Below are positions 13,726 through 28,090 of a stretch of 64,000 nt of DNA, in pieces (positions within the stretch are counted from its first letter, which is position 1; each line of letters begins with the position of its first letter). Where the stretch lies: NCBI GenBank assembly GCA_964016885.1, contig OZ024741.1:82646001-82710000 (forward strand), read 5' to 3'. Under the pieces are notes generated by a model that saw nothing but the letters and a program-made list of their open reading frames with translations, had not been told where the DNA came from and made no database searches. The position numbers were made by a program, and so were the translations under genes. Source of the stretch: Eledone cirrhosa (Eukaryota).

Positions 13726-14286
13726 TAATAACATGCGTTATTATAATATCTCCATTGCATCTGATATAATTGAGATTTCTAAAACCACAGTTGAACAGAA
13801 TTAAAACAATTTACCGAGCTCGAATTCCCACAGATATTATTTGTGACGTTGACTTGGTTGGTTTGTTGGTTTGTTGGTTGGGTGGTAGACTGTGGTGAGA
13901 TGTTGACATTCATGTATAAATTAAAATATTTAAATGAAATAAACTATCACCATGTATTTGAATGTGATACATGTCGAAAATGTTAAAAAGGATCCAAGTA
14001 ACTCGCTGTGTTTAATCTTATTACTAAATATGGAAAGAATCCCAGGCAGTTTTGATGGAATCGCAACAAGAAATTTAAAGATTTTTAGAATAGATTTCAA
14101 TAGAAAGAGCAAACAAAGGGCATTCGCGAAGATTGTTTAGAAAATCTATTGTCAAAATTGCTAAACTAAAACTTTTATTGAAAGACAAATTAATTAAAAT
14201 CCTTTTCTTATAATAATTCGCCTTCTTGTAATGCCTTATCTAAATTTATAATCTCTCTCTATAGCTAAATATCTCTCACAAAACCA

Positions 14287-14377
<91 letters not shown>

Positions 14378-14435
14378 CACACATACACACACACACACAC
14401 ACACATATATACATATATATATACATATTTATATA

Positions 14436-14512
<77 letters not shown>

Positions 14513-15124
14513 CCATATGTATCTAGTTTTTTTTAATATATCGATATATCTGTCTGTTTGTATATATTTCACTGCCTACGAAATATCTTAATATTCCATT
14601 CCTTGTGTTCAATCAGAAGCTGACTTTGAATGAATTTGTCCTCAAGTCATTTATTTATTTGCATCTGATTCACGTGGTTATTTCAGTGATTTTCACAGCG
14701 AAGAATGACGAACCAAAATAATCATTTTCCAAAATATGACATTAAAGGGAATGACAGAATCAGAGAATGTTTCTCTGAATAACGTACTTGTTGCAGATAT
14801 CCGTGATGTTGTTGTTGTTTTGTTTTGATTTCAGAAAAGAAAAAAATACGTATGGATTTTTCTATCTTTAGATATATATTTCATGAAAGAGAAATTCCTT
14901 TGCTTATTTTTGTTTGTATGAAAACAATTTTATTTCGTCAGACTTGACAGGGAAAGCTGCAATTGGAATTTGAACGCCTGCTACCTTGGACTTACACCCC
15001 TTAATAGTACACAACATTGTTTGTTTCATGAATCTTATTATTCCTGAATTACTCCAAATCACATATAGTAGCGATTTGTCTAATCTACATACTTACACTC
15101 CATTCATTATTCATATATCGTGTT

Positions 15125-15260
15125 AAGAGGCATGGTAAAATGTGTGGTACACTTTTTAATCACGATCAAATGGTCGCAGGTTCGATTGCTGTATAGGCGA
15201 TCATGTTGTGCCATTTCACCTTGCACCAATTTTCTTACTTGAACCACAAGCAGCAGCAGC
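15125..15260 (+). mobile_element. Degenerate tRNA-derived SINE head (second family)
   Basis: GGCATGGT..GTGGT..GCAGGTTCGATTGC box B-like; similar to 39735-39845. Confidence 0.45.
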
Positions 15261-15806
15261 TGGTCTGTACGATATGCAATGGAATAACACCCGACAGAGC
15301 CGGGCAGCTTCTCACATTACGACAGCAATTCTATTATTAAAGTACCGTGAAGCATCATATGAGTTGCAGTTTCGCCAGAGGCGCGCAATACCTAGATAGA
15401 CGTGTGATGAATAAAAACATATTTCCTTATTGCATAGCTTCAATACACTGTACACTTGCTTTCAGATAAAGAAGAAAAAGAATGTATGTATTTGACTGCG
15501 CAAATGTTTCTGCTTAATTGTTAAACTGGCTTTACATATCTTATTCATTAAGTTATCACAAGCTCTATTGTCTGCATTAATTATGTCACCAAGATAACAC
15601 AACTTATGAAATAGTTCTGGCAATTAAATATGTGAGCAGTACACGACTATTGGGATTCCTATCTACTATTCAACTGCAATTGTTGACTCATAAATTCAAT
15701 ATTTCTTGCGCTTGTGACAGCACACATCAACGCAGGGTTTTACATTTTCATATTTCTAGTCTTCCTGAAAGTTTAATTATTACGGTGAAATATCATCATT
15801 AACTAC

Positions 15807-15901
<95 letters not shown>

Positions 15902-17268
15902 TGTGTGTGTGTGTATATATATAAATGTTTATATAAATGAGAAAACTCATCACTAGAGCAGCCGTATTGCACTTTATACCAAAAACAGCCAAAAACTATC
16001 AAAGACAGCGACGGGCAAAACCACCCCAGAGGGCAGAGACCAGCGGCTAGAGGCCAGCATAGAGACAATCAACAAGGTGCGAGACAGGTAGATGAAACAC
16101 AGAAAACACTGAAAGAGGAGGATGACAAGGAGGAGTGCGCCGGCGCACAGAATCGACCGGTAGAAGAAAAAGAAGGCGATGCACGTGATAAGTCCAAACA
16201 CACAGATCTATATAGATGTGTGTGTGTGTGTGTATTAGTTTCTGTGAGTGTATTTAATTCTTAACATGTTCTTTTCATGTACATTTCATGGACGACTAAT
16301 ACAGAATTACATTTCTGTAATTCAAAGAACAGAAATAAGCAGACACATATGCTCACCTACACACCTACACACATACGCACACATACGTACACATACGCAC
16401 ACACACGCACACATACGCACACATACGTAAACATTGGCGCCGACGCATAAACATACGCGCACATGAATGTACAATCGCAGATAAACGCAAGTGAGCAAAC
16501 ATTAACATGTTATGCATCTCTCTGAATATGTTTAAGATTTGCAAACGTAGAATTTATTTGATGGGGTGCAAATGTACAAATATAATTATATTACTTGCAA
16601 AAATTGCTTATAATAATCCCTTGTTATTATAATCATTCGCACTTCATAAATATCATACGTAAGCCATGTCACTAGTTAATATATGTATTTCTATTTTAAT
16701 AACAAAACTGAAAAAGTAAGTAATGAAAACACTATCAAATATAAAATACTGCGGTGTACAAAGAAATATGAAAGGGCCAAATTCTACAACTATGGCCCAA
16801 TGGTATATCTCATCTGCGCCCTGTGAAGAAGATAACGAATATATGCTGTGGAGAACAGCCAGTGATTCCTGTTTCAGCTGCCATTCCAACTCACGCTGTC
16901 TTGTTACACTCCTGCCGATTTAGTGAGAATTGACTCCGATTACATGAATTCGCGTACACATAGAGAGACGCCGATACACACAGGCGTCCATACGCATACA
17001 CAGATGCATAAATATGAAACAAAGAAAAGGCCTACTTACATCCAGTAACTTATTTTTCTGAATAAATCGCCCAATCTCATTACTCAAGAAATGAGTGGCC
17101 AGCCAAAATATAGGCACTTCTATAAAAATGATTCAGTAATTTTGAATGTTAAAAAAAAAATATTGCTTTCAGATAACAATTATCACTTGTCTGCCTTAAC
17201 CCTTATCTTTCTATATCTCTCTCCCCCTCCCGCTATCTCTCCCCCTTCTCTATATATATCTATTTCTC

Positions 17269-17303
<35 letters not shown>

Positions 17304-17304
17304 C

Positions 17305-17345
<41 letters not shown>

Positions 17346-17875
17346 CTTCAAAGAAACTAATTAAAATCACAAATCCACTGCGTCGCACTAATTAAATTAA
17401 CAACCAAATAACAGTATCTATATTCTTTTACGATGTAAGTGACAGCGGAAAATGGAGAGATATAATACTCTATATTTAACCAGTAGCTCATTACTTATAT
17501 AAAAAAACCCGGCTACTGACAATTCACACTGTGAAATGCAGTATGGTATAAAGTGCAATACTGCTGTGATTCAATTAGCTTTTAACGAGAAGTGGTTGTC
17601 TTGTAGAATGAGATGTAGCCAGCAGGCATTGTGGTATTGTCGTTGACAACAAAATAAGCGTGTTGTAAGCAAAAAAAATATGAAAGAGTTTTTAGAAGAG
17701 ATCAAGATACACGACATATATCACACCAAGCTGAAATCTGCTGATTTACATTAAAATATACCATAATATTTGGCTTTTGTAGTCCTTCTATAAAACAAGA
17801 AATTAATGCCGCACACACATTAATACATGGATGCAAACATACATACATTCATATATACATAGTTACACACACATT

Positions 17876-17918
<43 letters not shown>

Positions 17919-18229
17919 ATATTTATATTTATATGTTTGATATAACTATAAATCCTTTTCTCGCTCACATCTCACCCATGTAGGATGGTCTGTATCTCTC
18001 GTCCATGAATTCACCAAGCTTAAGGTTATAGATATGATGTACTTGTCTCTTCCTATATTTCCGTTGCAATACCATCTTTGTTTGTTTACATGTCTCGCTC
18101 GCTTCACGCTATTATACTTGTCCCAATAACTTTATTTAGTTATTGCTCGCACAAACCAGAAGTATATGAATTTGAAAGCGATGAAATACCAATGAAGGTT
18201 GGAAGATTACTGATGAAGGACTAATTTTA

Positions 18230-18306
<77 letters not shown>

Positions 18307-18342
18307 GGATTTAAATGGATACAGTTCAGTTAAAAGGAATTT

Positions 18343-18459
18343 ATTGACACGTGTTTCAATAGCAGTTACATAACCTGAAAACAGGTGCTATCTACAAAGT
18401 ATTAATTATGCAGACACTCAATATTTCAATATTATTATCAACTTTCATTTCATCAGAAT
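18343..18459 (-). ncRNA. Candidate type I hammerhead with extended stem II
   Basis: Minus strand: ATT-CTGATGA-AAT..(insert)..ATT-GAAA-CACGT-GTC-AAT; palindromic loop III, AATAAA, (TA)n ~43 nt downstream. Confidence 0.6.
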
Positions 18460-18525
18460 CATTTTATTGAGAACCTGTTTGGTTTTTAGAGAGAATATTA
18501 AGAGGGAGGGGTGAAGTTTTTAGAA

Positions 18526-18593
<68 letters not shown>

Positions 18594-19015
18594 AAATATA
18601 TACATATATATATAATATATATATGTGTGTGTATATTTATATATATGTATTATATATAAATATGTATTATATATAAATATGTAAATATATGTAAGTGTGT
18701 GTGTTAGATTGAAAACATTGCTCCAATTTGGTCATATTTTCATTGATATATTTTATTTTACTTCTTAGTGCTGTAAGGTTACTTTGGAAGAGTATTGTTA
18801 TTAAATCCAAATCTGTACCAACGTTTGGATCATTCACGGCTCAATCATCAGAATCAGAGTGACGTAATGTTCCCGTTTTCAGCATACGTTGTAACATATC
18901 ATGCTAATTATTCTCAGTGGATGAACCATGGGAGTTATTACTATTAGTTCGCGTATGCATCCTCGGTGTCAATTTTGGTTAATATTTTGTTGCAAACCAA
19001 TTATAACAACTAGCT

Positions 19016-19044
19016 GAAGAACCGCCCGAAGGGCGGTTTTCTTC
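19016..19044 (-). terminator. Helitron 3' subterminal GC-rich hairpin
   Basis: GAAGAACCGCCC-GAA-GGGCGGTTTTCTTC (plus strand), adjacent to the terminal CTAG. Confidence 0.9.
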
Positions 19045-19489
19045 TAGCATGTTTAGTGTGTATATTGATATGCGCAAATATATATGCACCTAGATATAAT
19101 AGGTAAATTGACAATATGCACATAAACTGAACAAAGATTGTGTTACACTTACTTCTGTAATCGGTAAAGTAATCCATGATACATTTTTTAAAAAGCGATA
19201 ATAGAGATGGAAAAGCGATGAAACCGTTGACGAAAATGTTCATGAATCTTAACTTGAGAATGTCGATGGGAAACTTCAGCAGTGAATTTGAAAATAGATG
19301 CTGCTGGTATGAATGAATGAATTACATTTACCAATATGAAGAGTTGCCCTTCGCTATATTGTTGTTTTACTGTATTCACATATATAATTCTTAAGTTTGT
19401 GTAGTGTCCCTTTTCTAGAAGTTAAAAAGAAACTAAATGCATTTCAACTAAAAGAGAGTAATAGCTCTTTCACATCACTGTAGAATTTC

Positions 19490-22400
19490 TTTGTAGACAC
19501 AGTTGTCAGCAAAAGACCCCTTTCATTTAATATTTTTATATTTTCTTTTTTTGTAACTCGTGATAATGCAACATACATTTGACCATGTGAAAATAATTGT
19601 GTTGATAGATATACATCTATCTTTTCAAATGTCTGCCCTTGTGCCTTGTTGCATGTAAGGGCAAAGGCTGATTTGACAGGAAATAGCTTGCGAGTAAAGG
19701 TGAAGGGGAACTCAAGCTCTTGAGATACATGTGGTATCTTTGAGATTAGCAACCTTGTTCCAGCATTGGGACCCAATGCCACTTCAGCTTCAATTACATG
19801 ATTCTGTAAATTGATGATGATGTAGCGTGTACCATTACAATGCCCGTTTAGAGGATTCAGATTTCTCAGAAGCATGATGCAACTGCCTTTCTTCAGTTTA
19901 AGTATGTGTGTTGGGAATCCTGATGGCGTAAGTTTGTTGATGAACTCAATTGGATACTGCAGTTCATTATCTACTGTATTAGAGCTTCTGTAGATTATTT
20001 CATGACCAGGGAACTTGTTGACTTACCAATCTTGCTGAATCATTTGTTGGAGTGATAATGGCTCTATGTGCAAGCCATAGTGGGTTTCTGTAGTTTCCTG
20101 GAAGATTTTTATACACAAAATCACACAGGCCATACACATTACCATATTCCAGAGAAAGTTCATTTGGCAGAATAATTGTGAATGCACCTACAGTTGGAAC
20201 AGTTGGAATGTTACCATTTCCCACATCAAGATGGTAGTTTGCAAACTGTCTTTCATCAGAATCGTCTGTATTAATTAACCGTTGATTGGTTGTCATCTCC
20301 ATGGTTTCCACATAGTCCCAGAGATAGGATCTCTTGATGGTTGCCCCAACTATTTGTGGTCTAGCACCATGACGTACAACTGGAAGAATTTGTTTCCAGT
20401 CACCAGATAGCAATACTGTTAGACTACCACATTTTTTTTGCAATCTCGAACATCTTTGAAGCTCTTGTCAAGGCATTCAAAGATATGCTTATGTCCCATA
20501 CCTATCTCATCAATGAATAGCAGGTCAGCTTGCTGCATAAGTTAACCTGTGTCATCCCTCTTTGTAAAGAGGCAAGTTGATTCAGCAGTCACATTGATAG
20601 GAATCTTGCACTTGAAATGAAGAGTTCTACCTTTGTGAAGCAAAGTGGGTGCTATTCCAGATATGGCAATGGTAAGTGCAATGTTATTTTTGATCGGAGG
20701 TAATCCAATAGGATGTTTATGACATAGGTCTTTCCTGTACCTGCACTTGCATACAAGTAGAAAACTCTGCCTTCATTTTCATTTACAGAGGTGATTACTT
20801 TGTGAAAAATAACCAGTTGCTCAGGATTCAATGTTGGCAGAAGTTCATTTATGTTTGCTTGCAGTTGATGTGTATTGAAACCAGTTCCTTCCATAAGAAC
20901 CCTGTTGATTTCTGGTATGGCAACAATAGTTGGATCTGGCCGAGGAAGACCATAGTTGGCATGAATGTCCAGGCCATCATGTTGAAGTCTTTGTTGGATC
21001 TTCTGTAGAAAAATCTGCATTGTTTGCATGGACATGACTTGCTCACGACGTTCATGCATGATATCCTCTGCAAGACAATTCTTCCATTTCTCCCAGAACT
21101 GCAGAGGGTCATTTGGCATGCAGTACAATAAAATGGTGCAGAAGATCTCTCGCAGCTGAGGACTAAGCGTAATGGATGAGGCCTCTTCCATAGCTTTGTC
21201 TTTTTTTCCATCTTCATCTAACAGACCAAGTTTCCTGCATGCTTCTTATAAAGTTGGAAATTCAACTCCTTTTATTGTCCTCAATTCTTTGTATGAAGTT
21301 GACCCAGCCTTGTGATGTAGGTTCATCCTGAGGTAATATAATTCAGATTGCTGTCTACTGAGAGATACTGTTGGAATGCGCCCAAGAGATTCACTCATAA
21401 ATTGTTGATCACCATCTAGATGTCCCTTTTTTCTTCTTTGCCACTTTTGGTTTGTCCAAGTGAAATATTTAGGAATATCAATATACAATATGTTTTGTGT
21501 CAGTGCATCTCTAATATACAGTTGAAAATATTCCGTCAACTTAGTCATTGGCTGTCCCCTAGAAACAATACTTTCTTCTTGCCCTCGCTCATACACGACC
21601 ATTTGTTCCCCAGGTAAATGGCAAGGCAACTTTTCAACTGGTGGTTTTCGATGATGTAATGGACATTTATAGATTCTCCTGAATGCTTCACTGGCTGAAA
21701 GGTACCGTGCATTGATATAGGTCTTAATCTCATTTTGGGCATGGATACAATTTCCTTGATAATCCTTAATAGTGAAAATGATCTTGTCTGATCGTTTCCT
21801 GATGTACTTATATAAGTACTTAACAGCCTTGACACTGTGGAAAACCTCATAATTGATGTGGCACTGATATCTCAATGAGAGGAAAGTGTTGTATGGAACA
21901 ATCCAACGATTATTAACAGTAAATTATTGACCTTTAAGTTGGATTGTATGGGTGTGACCACCATGCTGTCTAACCCTTCTTCTATACTCCGGAAAGGAAT
22001 TTTCGGCAACAAATGTGGTTTGTCTCAATGACGTGGGATAACTTTTTGAGCAATGGCGTTGTTGTCCTAGCTCTTCCATACATGGGCACATCATATTAGC
22101 TTGTCCACATGGGCCATGAATGTTGCAGGATGTGATGATCTTTTGCAGAATTGGATTGGTCTCATTATCAGGGATCTCACTGTACACTACCTGATCAACG
22201 GCATCAGCAGTTTTGGGTTTTCTATTTTCAGCCATTATCAGCAGAATAGGAGCATAAGTGAGGCCTGATTTCTGCCACTCTATTGCAGCAGAATGAGCCA
22301 CAACTTTTCCTAGGATATTTCTCTTCAGTATATCATCCATCATGATGTCATACTGTCATACTTGATTTTGAAGACGCTTTCACAAATATCAGGACGGTCT

Positions 22401-23762
22401 CTAGGTTCTTCACCAGGGTGCAAACTATTTTTTATTTCATCCCAGTTATGGTTAGTTGTTGCCGTGATGAAATAAGATGGCTTTTCCATGTGTCGAACAA
22501 CAGTCATCGAATTCTGAAAGCACTGACTGTAGAAGAGAGGTGAACCATAGATTGAAGGAGGAAGAACAATTCCGCGGCCTGCATTTACAAACCCTCATAC
22601 TTTTCAGCTTGTATCATGGTTTGAATGTTGCGGGCCCATTTGAGGCGACAATGTTCTAATTTTGCCTGGGCATCTACAGCATATTGCTGCATCAGCCGCC
22701 TACGCTTCATGTAATGTTACAGTCACCTTGCCTAACTTGAAACTGATAACAGTGGGTGTGAATGTGTGGTTGTTGTCAAACCAACCTGAAACCCATCATT
22801 CCCCCAAGGAAACAGTAGCACATGATGCAGAGGATCATAAGAACGGTGCACCTGATGAATCCTCTGAAAACCACAATCCCATTTATGAATGATGGCATCC
22901 AAAAGCCCTAATGCTCTATCAGGTTGAATAACAGCATTCTCAGATTCCATGGGAAGATTATATATACGACAATAAAAATCAGTGGGTTTTACTTTGTCAG
23001 CATTTAGGACAATAGTCACATTTTCAGAGACTGGCATTTCAATGACTGACTCGAAGCTTCTTATATAGGTGTTGCAGTTGTGCAAGTCTTCTTGCAGTTC
23101 CTGCAAGACAGCAGCATCTGAATTAGCATTCTGAAGCCCATAATATGTATCATAGAAGTAAAGCTGCGCAAACTTGGGTGAAGCATAACTTGGAAGTAGT
23201 TATCCAATAATATGACAAATCTTACCTTGGATCTTAAATGTGGGACTACATCCTGGTGCTTTAATCTCTTTGCAACCAATTGAAGCTAAGGCAAGCACTT
23301 TGTTATATGCCCGTATCTTATGGAGAAAAGAATTTCCTGCTTGAGTGATATCGACATATTTCAGTATATTTGGTGGAGTAGGAGGAAGTTGAGGGTGTTT
23401 CATTTTACCCTGGAAGCAGCACAGAGATTTGGGTTCATGCGGCCAGCGATAAGCTTTGCAGTGCGGACAAACAGAGGCACAGAGACTCCCTGCATTATGT
23501 TGTGGCATTATGGAAAGAACGGTTCGTCTGTAGGACTCTTTGTCAGACCTTCAATTGACCTGTTACTTCCTCTCTGAACGTTTGGTGTATTTGTTGCAAG
23601 TTTTTGTTGGTGTGTTAACTGAATTACATTTGTAGAAATTTGTTGGGATGTTGTAGAGCGATTATTGCTTGATTGATTTGCCCTCTTCTCTCTTTGTCGT
23701 TGTGCGGCTGCTGCCATGCGTTGGGATTTGGATGAGAAATGTTTTCTGCGTCCCATATTCAC
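19490..23762 (-). pseudogene. Helitron Rep-helicase (HUH Rep + Pif1-family SF1B helicase), many frameshifts and stops
   Basis: CPHCKAYRWPHEPKSLCCFQGK; YDPLHHVLLFPWG; KPSYFITATTN..WDEI; EWQKSGLTYAPILL (degenerate HUH); YLYKYIRK; ARYLSASEA; ASAGTGKT (Walker A); LFIDE (Walker B); GDWKQILPVV; LLRNLNP..CNGTR; FALTCNKAQGQT; HGQMYVALSRV. Confidence 0.95.
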
Positions 23763-24957
23763 TCTCTGTCATGTAGGTATAAATATATGTTATCTCTACG
23801 GTGAAATCTTAGAAATAAATATATGTTAAAACAAAAAATTAATAATTGCTTCATCTTTCTCTTTCACTCTCTCTATAAAGTATTGAAATATATGTTTAAT
23901 CATGTGTTACGAATTTTAGTAGATAAATTATATAATATCCATTCATTATTTATTGAAAGTAATGCAACTTATTTTACAAAGGGGATAAACAATTATATTC
24001 TAGATGCAGTCCCGCGCTCCAGCTTTATTATAGTTTAGATTATATTTGTTAGTTTTCGTTCTGTAACCATTACATTAAATGAGTTTTAAAAATAAAGAGT
24101 TAATAAATAAATAAAACGTTATACTTGTTTTACCCTCCCATTTCCAATTAAACCGAACGCTATCATGACTGTATGTGTGTGTTTGAATGTATGTATGCTT
24201 TTGTAAATGTATATGTGTGAATTATGTATGTTTGTGTGAATGTATACCCTCCCATCTCCAATTAAATCGAACGCTATCATGACCGTATGTTTGTGTTTGT
24301 GTAAATGTATGTGTGAATGTTTCTATGTTTGGGTGAAAGTATGTATGTTTCTATGTTTGTGTGAAAGTTATTATAGTTTAGATTGAAGTGGTGGTGGTGT
24401 CGACGATATACCGGAAGTGCAACTTTAAAAGAAGTCAATTTGAAATTATTTATTTTTACGAAATTATTTTTGTTTACGAAATTGAGTAGATAAATTATGT
24501 AATATTCATTCATTATTTATTCAAAGTAATCCAACTTATTTTACAAACGGGATAAAAAAATATATTCTGGACGCAGTCCCGCACTCCTTACTTTATTATA
24601 GTTTAGATTGCCCTGCTTGACAGCTGCGAAACTTTAAATCAGTCGTCAATGATTTGCTACCACTCCCGCGATACTTTAAGTTACTACAAATAACCTGATA
24701 TTAATACACCCATAATTTAGGAATGCTACATTTTACATTTATAAACTACGCATAACGTTGTAATAGAAAAATAAAAAAAATACGAAACGTTCTTAATAAA
24801 AATCAGCGAACAGGAGCACTTTCTTAGTATCGATATGTTATATTTGAAAGAAGACATATTCGCTACTTAATTAGTTGTACACACACAGGCACACAGAGAC
24901 ACACACAGACACGTACATACACACACACACGTATACACAGTCACATACGCACACCCG

Positions 24958-25002
<45 letters not shown>

Positions 25003-25021
25003 CCACACACACACACACACA

Positions 25022-25099
<78 letters not shown>

Positions 25100-25110
25100 T
25101 ATATATATAT

Positions 25111-25287
25111 AAAAGAAACAAAGTGTGGTTAGAAACCAGGTGGGCCATAACGCGCCTGATACTTAGGGTAGTAGAGTGTGTAATAGAAAAAGAGTCAGGA
25201 CCCCGGCGGCTGAGCTCCGGCCATTACTGCATTTCAGATCTAGATGTCGAAACGGCCGGAGCTCAGCCGTTGGTGTCCTGACTCTTT
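25111..25287 (-). mobile_element. Palindrome-capped PLE-derived mini-element (copy 2)
   Basis: GTGTGGTTAGAAACCAGGTGGGCCATAACGC..AGAGTCAGGACCCCGGCGGCTGAGCTCCGGCC..GGCCGGAGCTCAGCCGTTGGTGTCCTGACTCT; between TA tracts. Confidence 0.8.
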
Positions 25288-25780
25288 ATATATATATATA
25301 TATATACATGAATTTATATAACCCACATTTTTCGTTAGCGACACGCCTTCTCTTTCTATGTATAAACGTTTCCCTGTACGAATAACAACATTGTTAGACT
25401 TCGATGAAATCATATGTAAAACTGTTGATGCAGAATATTGGAATTCAAAATCTCCGAAAACATACATCGGATTAGCGGTTCTAGAGGTGCACATTTCCAT
25501 ATTAACGCAACACGTGTCACTTAATACATATTAGTTCTTCAATTGAAAAATTGCTGTATTCATGTGATTTATTAATTTCTCTCTCTGTCTCTCTCTATAT
25601 ATATAATATCGTCCCGTTACTCCTGATAGAGTCGTAAGGGGCCGCATTGAAATATGGTGTTTCTTGGGCATTTTAAGCCTGGTAGAATCCATCCTTCTCC
25701 AGGCCTGAGTAAAGAGGATTTCTTCCAGTGAAAGATAGAAAGTGAGAGAAAGGAAATAAGAAAGAGATATAGAGAAAGAA

Positions 25781-25908
25781 TCGACCCCAGTACTAGAGTG
25801 GTCCTTTTTTATCAACTAGGAAATGTTTTAAGGCAAATTTGAGCTTAGCGGGATTTGAACTCTGAAAGCAGTGAGTCGGATAAAATACCAGAAAGCATTC
25901 TATCCGAC
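25781..25908 (-). mobile_element. Partial degenerate SINE
   Basis: TCGACCCCAGTACT..GGATTTGAACTC..GCATTCTATCCGACG. Confidence 0.55.
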
Positions 25909-25952
<44 letters not shown>

Positions 25953-26373
25953 CATGGTCAACAGTACAAAAAAGGGGATTTATTTTAAGTCTAACAATTG
26001 TTTCACTGATAAAGTTGTCTAAAAATTGCTGAACACTAGAAGCAGTGCCACTCAATTTTATATACGATGTTAGCTCGATCATATCTTCGGAAACTGTTAT
26101 AAAAAATATATATAACCAGAAAATTTACAAATTCAAATTACATCATCAATAGTAATATTAATAATAAAGATAGAGAGAGAAAAGAAGGAAGAAAGTGAGA
26201 TAGGTACAGTAAAGAAAGAAAGGAAAGGAATAATAAAAAGAAGGAAAATAAAAGAAAAAAGTGAAAGAAGAAGAAAAAGGAGAAATTATTACAGAGAAAG
26301 ATATAAAGAGAAGAAAATATATGAAAAATGATGGTAGACAGAGGAGAGACAAGCATAAGTAGAAATAACTGTT

Positions 26374-26552
26374 TCTACTTTTGGCACAAGGCCAGCAATT
26401 ATCCAGTACCCTGGTACTTTATTTTATCGACCTCGTAAGGATGAAAGGCAAAGTGAACCCCGGCAGGATTTGAACTCAGGCCGTAAAGGGACGTAACTAT
26501 GCTGGGAAGAATGGCGTCCGACTCTCTACCGATACTGCCAATCCACCGCCCT
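26374..26552 (-). mobile_element. tRNA-derived SINE (left inverted arm)
   Basis: Same family as 11794-12008. Confidence 0.85.
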
Positions 26553-26744
26553 AAGTATAAGTAGAAATAATGTAGGATAGAAATCCACCGCCCTAAGCAT
26601 AAGTAGAAATAACGTAGGATAGAAAGAAAAATAAAGGGAAAAATAATGATATCAGCAATAAATGAATAAATGTAAATAAAAATAAATATATAAAACATAT
26701 ATAAAAATAGATAAATACATAAATAAATAAATAAATGTCATAGT

Positions 26745-28090
26745 GAATTTGATAACCTACAAGGAGGAATCTATAGAGACGATACACTAAAAACCTAAAT
26801 AATCAAAACTTAGAACGATTAAGGAAAAAGATTAGAAAATTATTTAATAATTTAGGCCTTAAAATCACTTTTGAACCCAACTCTAAAAAAGCTAACTTCT
26901 TAGATGTATCGCTCAACCTTAACTCAGGACTAATAGAACCCTTCCATAAAAATAAGCGAAAATTTAGCTTACATTGATTATAACTCTAATCACCCCCGAT
27001 CCATAATTAACTCCATAGCACATAGTATATCCCTTAGAATCTCGCGCCTATCTTCTAACCTAGAGATTTTTAAAGAACACGCTAACTACTACAACATAGC
27101 TTTACTTAAGACAGGCCATAAAGAGAGACTCAAATACATACCAGATACAAAAAATAACAACACACTTAATAATAATAGTACTATCCACACCTATAGAAAC
27201 AACAAATCGAGGACTAAACATAACAATTAGCAACACGCACGTAAATTAAATGAACAGAATACTAATATGAAGACCACTAATAACTATAGACGATGCAGAA
27301 ACAGAAACTACTTATGGTTTAATATAATGTTTAACTCCTCTATAAAAACAAAACTACCTTACACTTTCTTCAAATTGGTTGACAAACACTTCCCTAAAAT
27401 TCATAAATATCATAAAATCTTTAATAGAAAACCTATCAAATTATCATACTCCACTGCCAACAACATAGAATCGCACATACATAAAATTAACTATAAAAGA
27501 ATTTATAATACAAGTGGCCCGCAAATAAGTACCATAACACCAAATACAAAACATAAGCATATAACATCATCACAACCAAACACACGTCAGAACATATCAC
27601 CACAATACATCAACAAACCCAATTCTCAGCCCCTACATAGCAACTTACAAAACCATATCGAAGAACCGGCGCAAAGAAAAGCATCTAATTGCAACTGCCA
27701 TCTATCTGACAAATGCCCTTTACAAAATAGATGTACTATAAATTCAGGTAGCTTAGCATGGCATTACATTGGTTCCACATCTGGGGAGTTTAAAAAAAGG
27801 TGGTACGTACATAGACACCCTATGATTAACAGGAATCTCTTAAATACAACGACTCTCGCCAATAAAATCTGGCAACTCAACGATGCAAATATGGAATATA
27901 GAATCAGCTGGACGAAACTATAAAAAGCAACGGCCTATCAAATTGGTATGTCCCACTGCGGTCTCTGTAATATAGGAACTTTTCCAAATTTTAAATTACA
28001 GCAAAATGCTTCTTAACAGTAAAATTGAAAGAACTATTTTCTGTCGACATAAATCGGCGACCAAATTTGAGAACTTCAGACCAGCTTAAT
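26745..28090 (+). pseudogene. Penelope-like element RT (C-terminal half) + GIY-YIG endonuclease, 5'-truncated
   Basis: GGIYRDD (catalytic), LGLKITFE..ANFLDVSLNL, SNHPRSII..SISLRISRLSSN, RNRNYLWFN..F.KLVDKHFPK.HKYHKIFNRK.IKLSYS, CNCH..CPLQNRC, HYIGSTSGEFKKRWYVH, CRHK. Confidence 0.92.

Larger units (their letters stand above)
19010..24607 (-). mobile_element. Full-length Helitron (rolling-circle transposon), inactivated
   Basis: 5' end A|TCTAAACTATAATAAAG at 24607. 3' hairpin AACCGCCC-TTC-GGGCGGTT ~10 nt before CTAG|T at 19010. AT target with no TSD. Rep and Pif1-type helicase motifs inside. Confidence 0.95.

Noticed and set aside
13548-13760. Poly-His / poly-Leu protein
   Set aside because: Translation of the (GAT)n and (AAT)n repeats.
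16653-16923. Overlapping short ORFs in unique sequence
   Set aside because: No homology recognised; the lengths are expected by chance.
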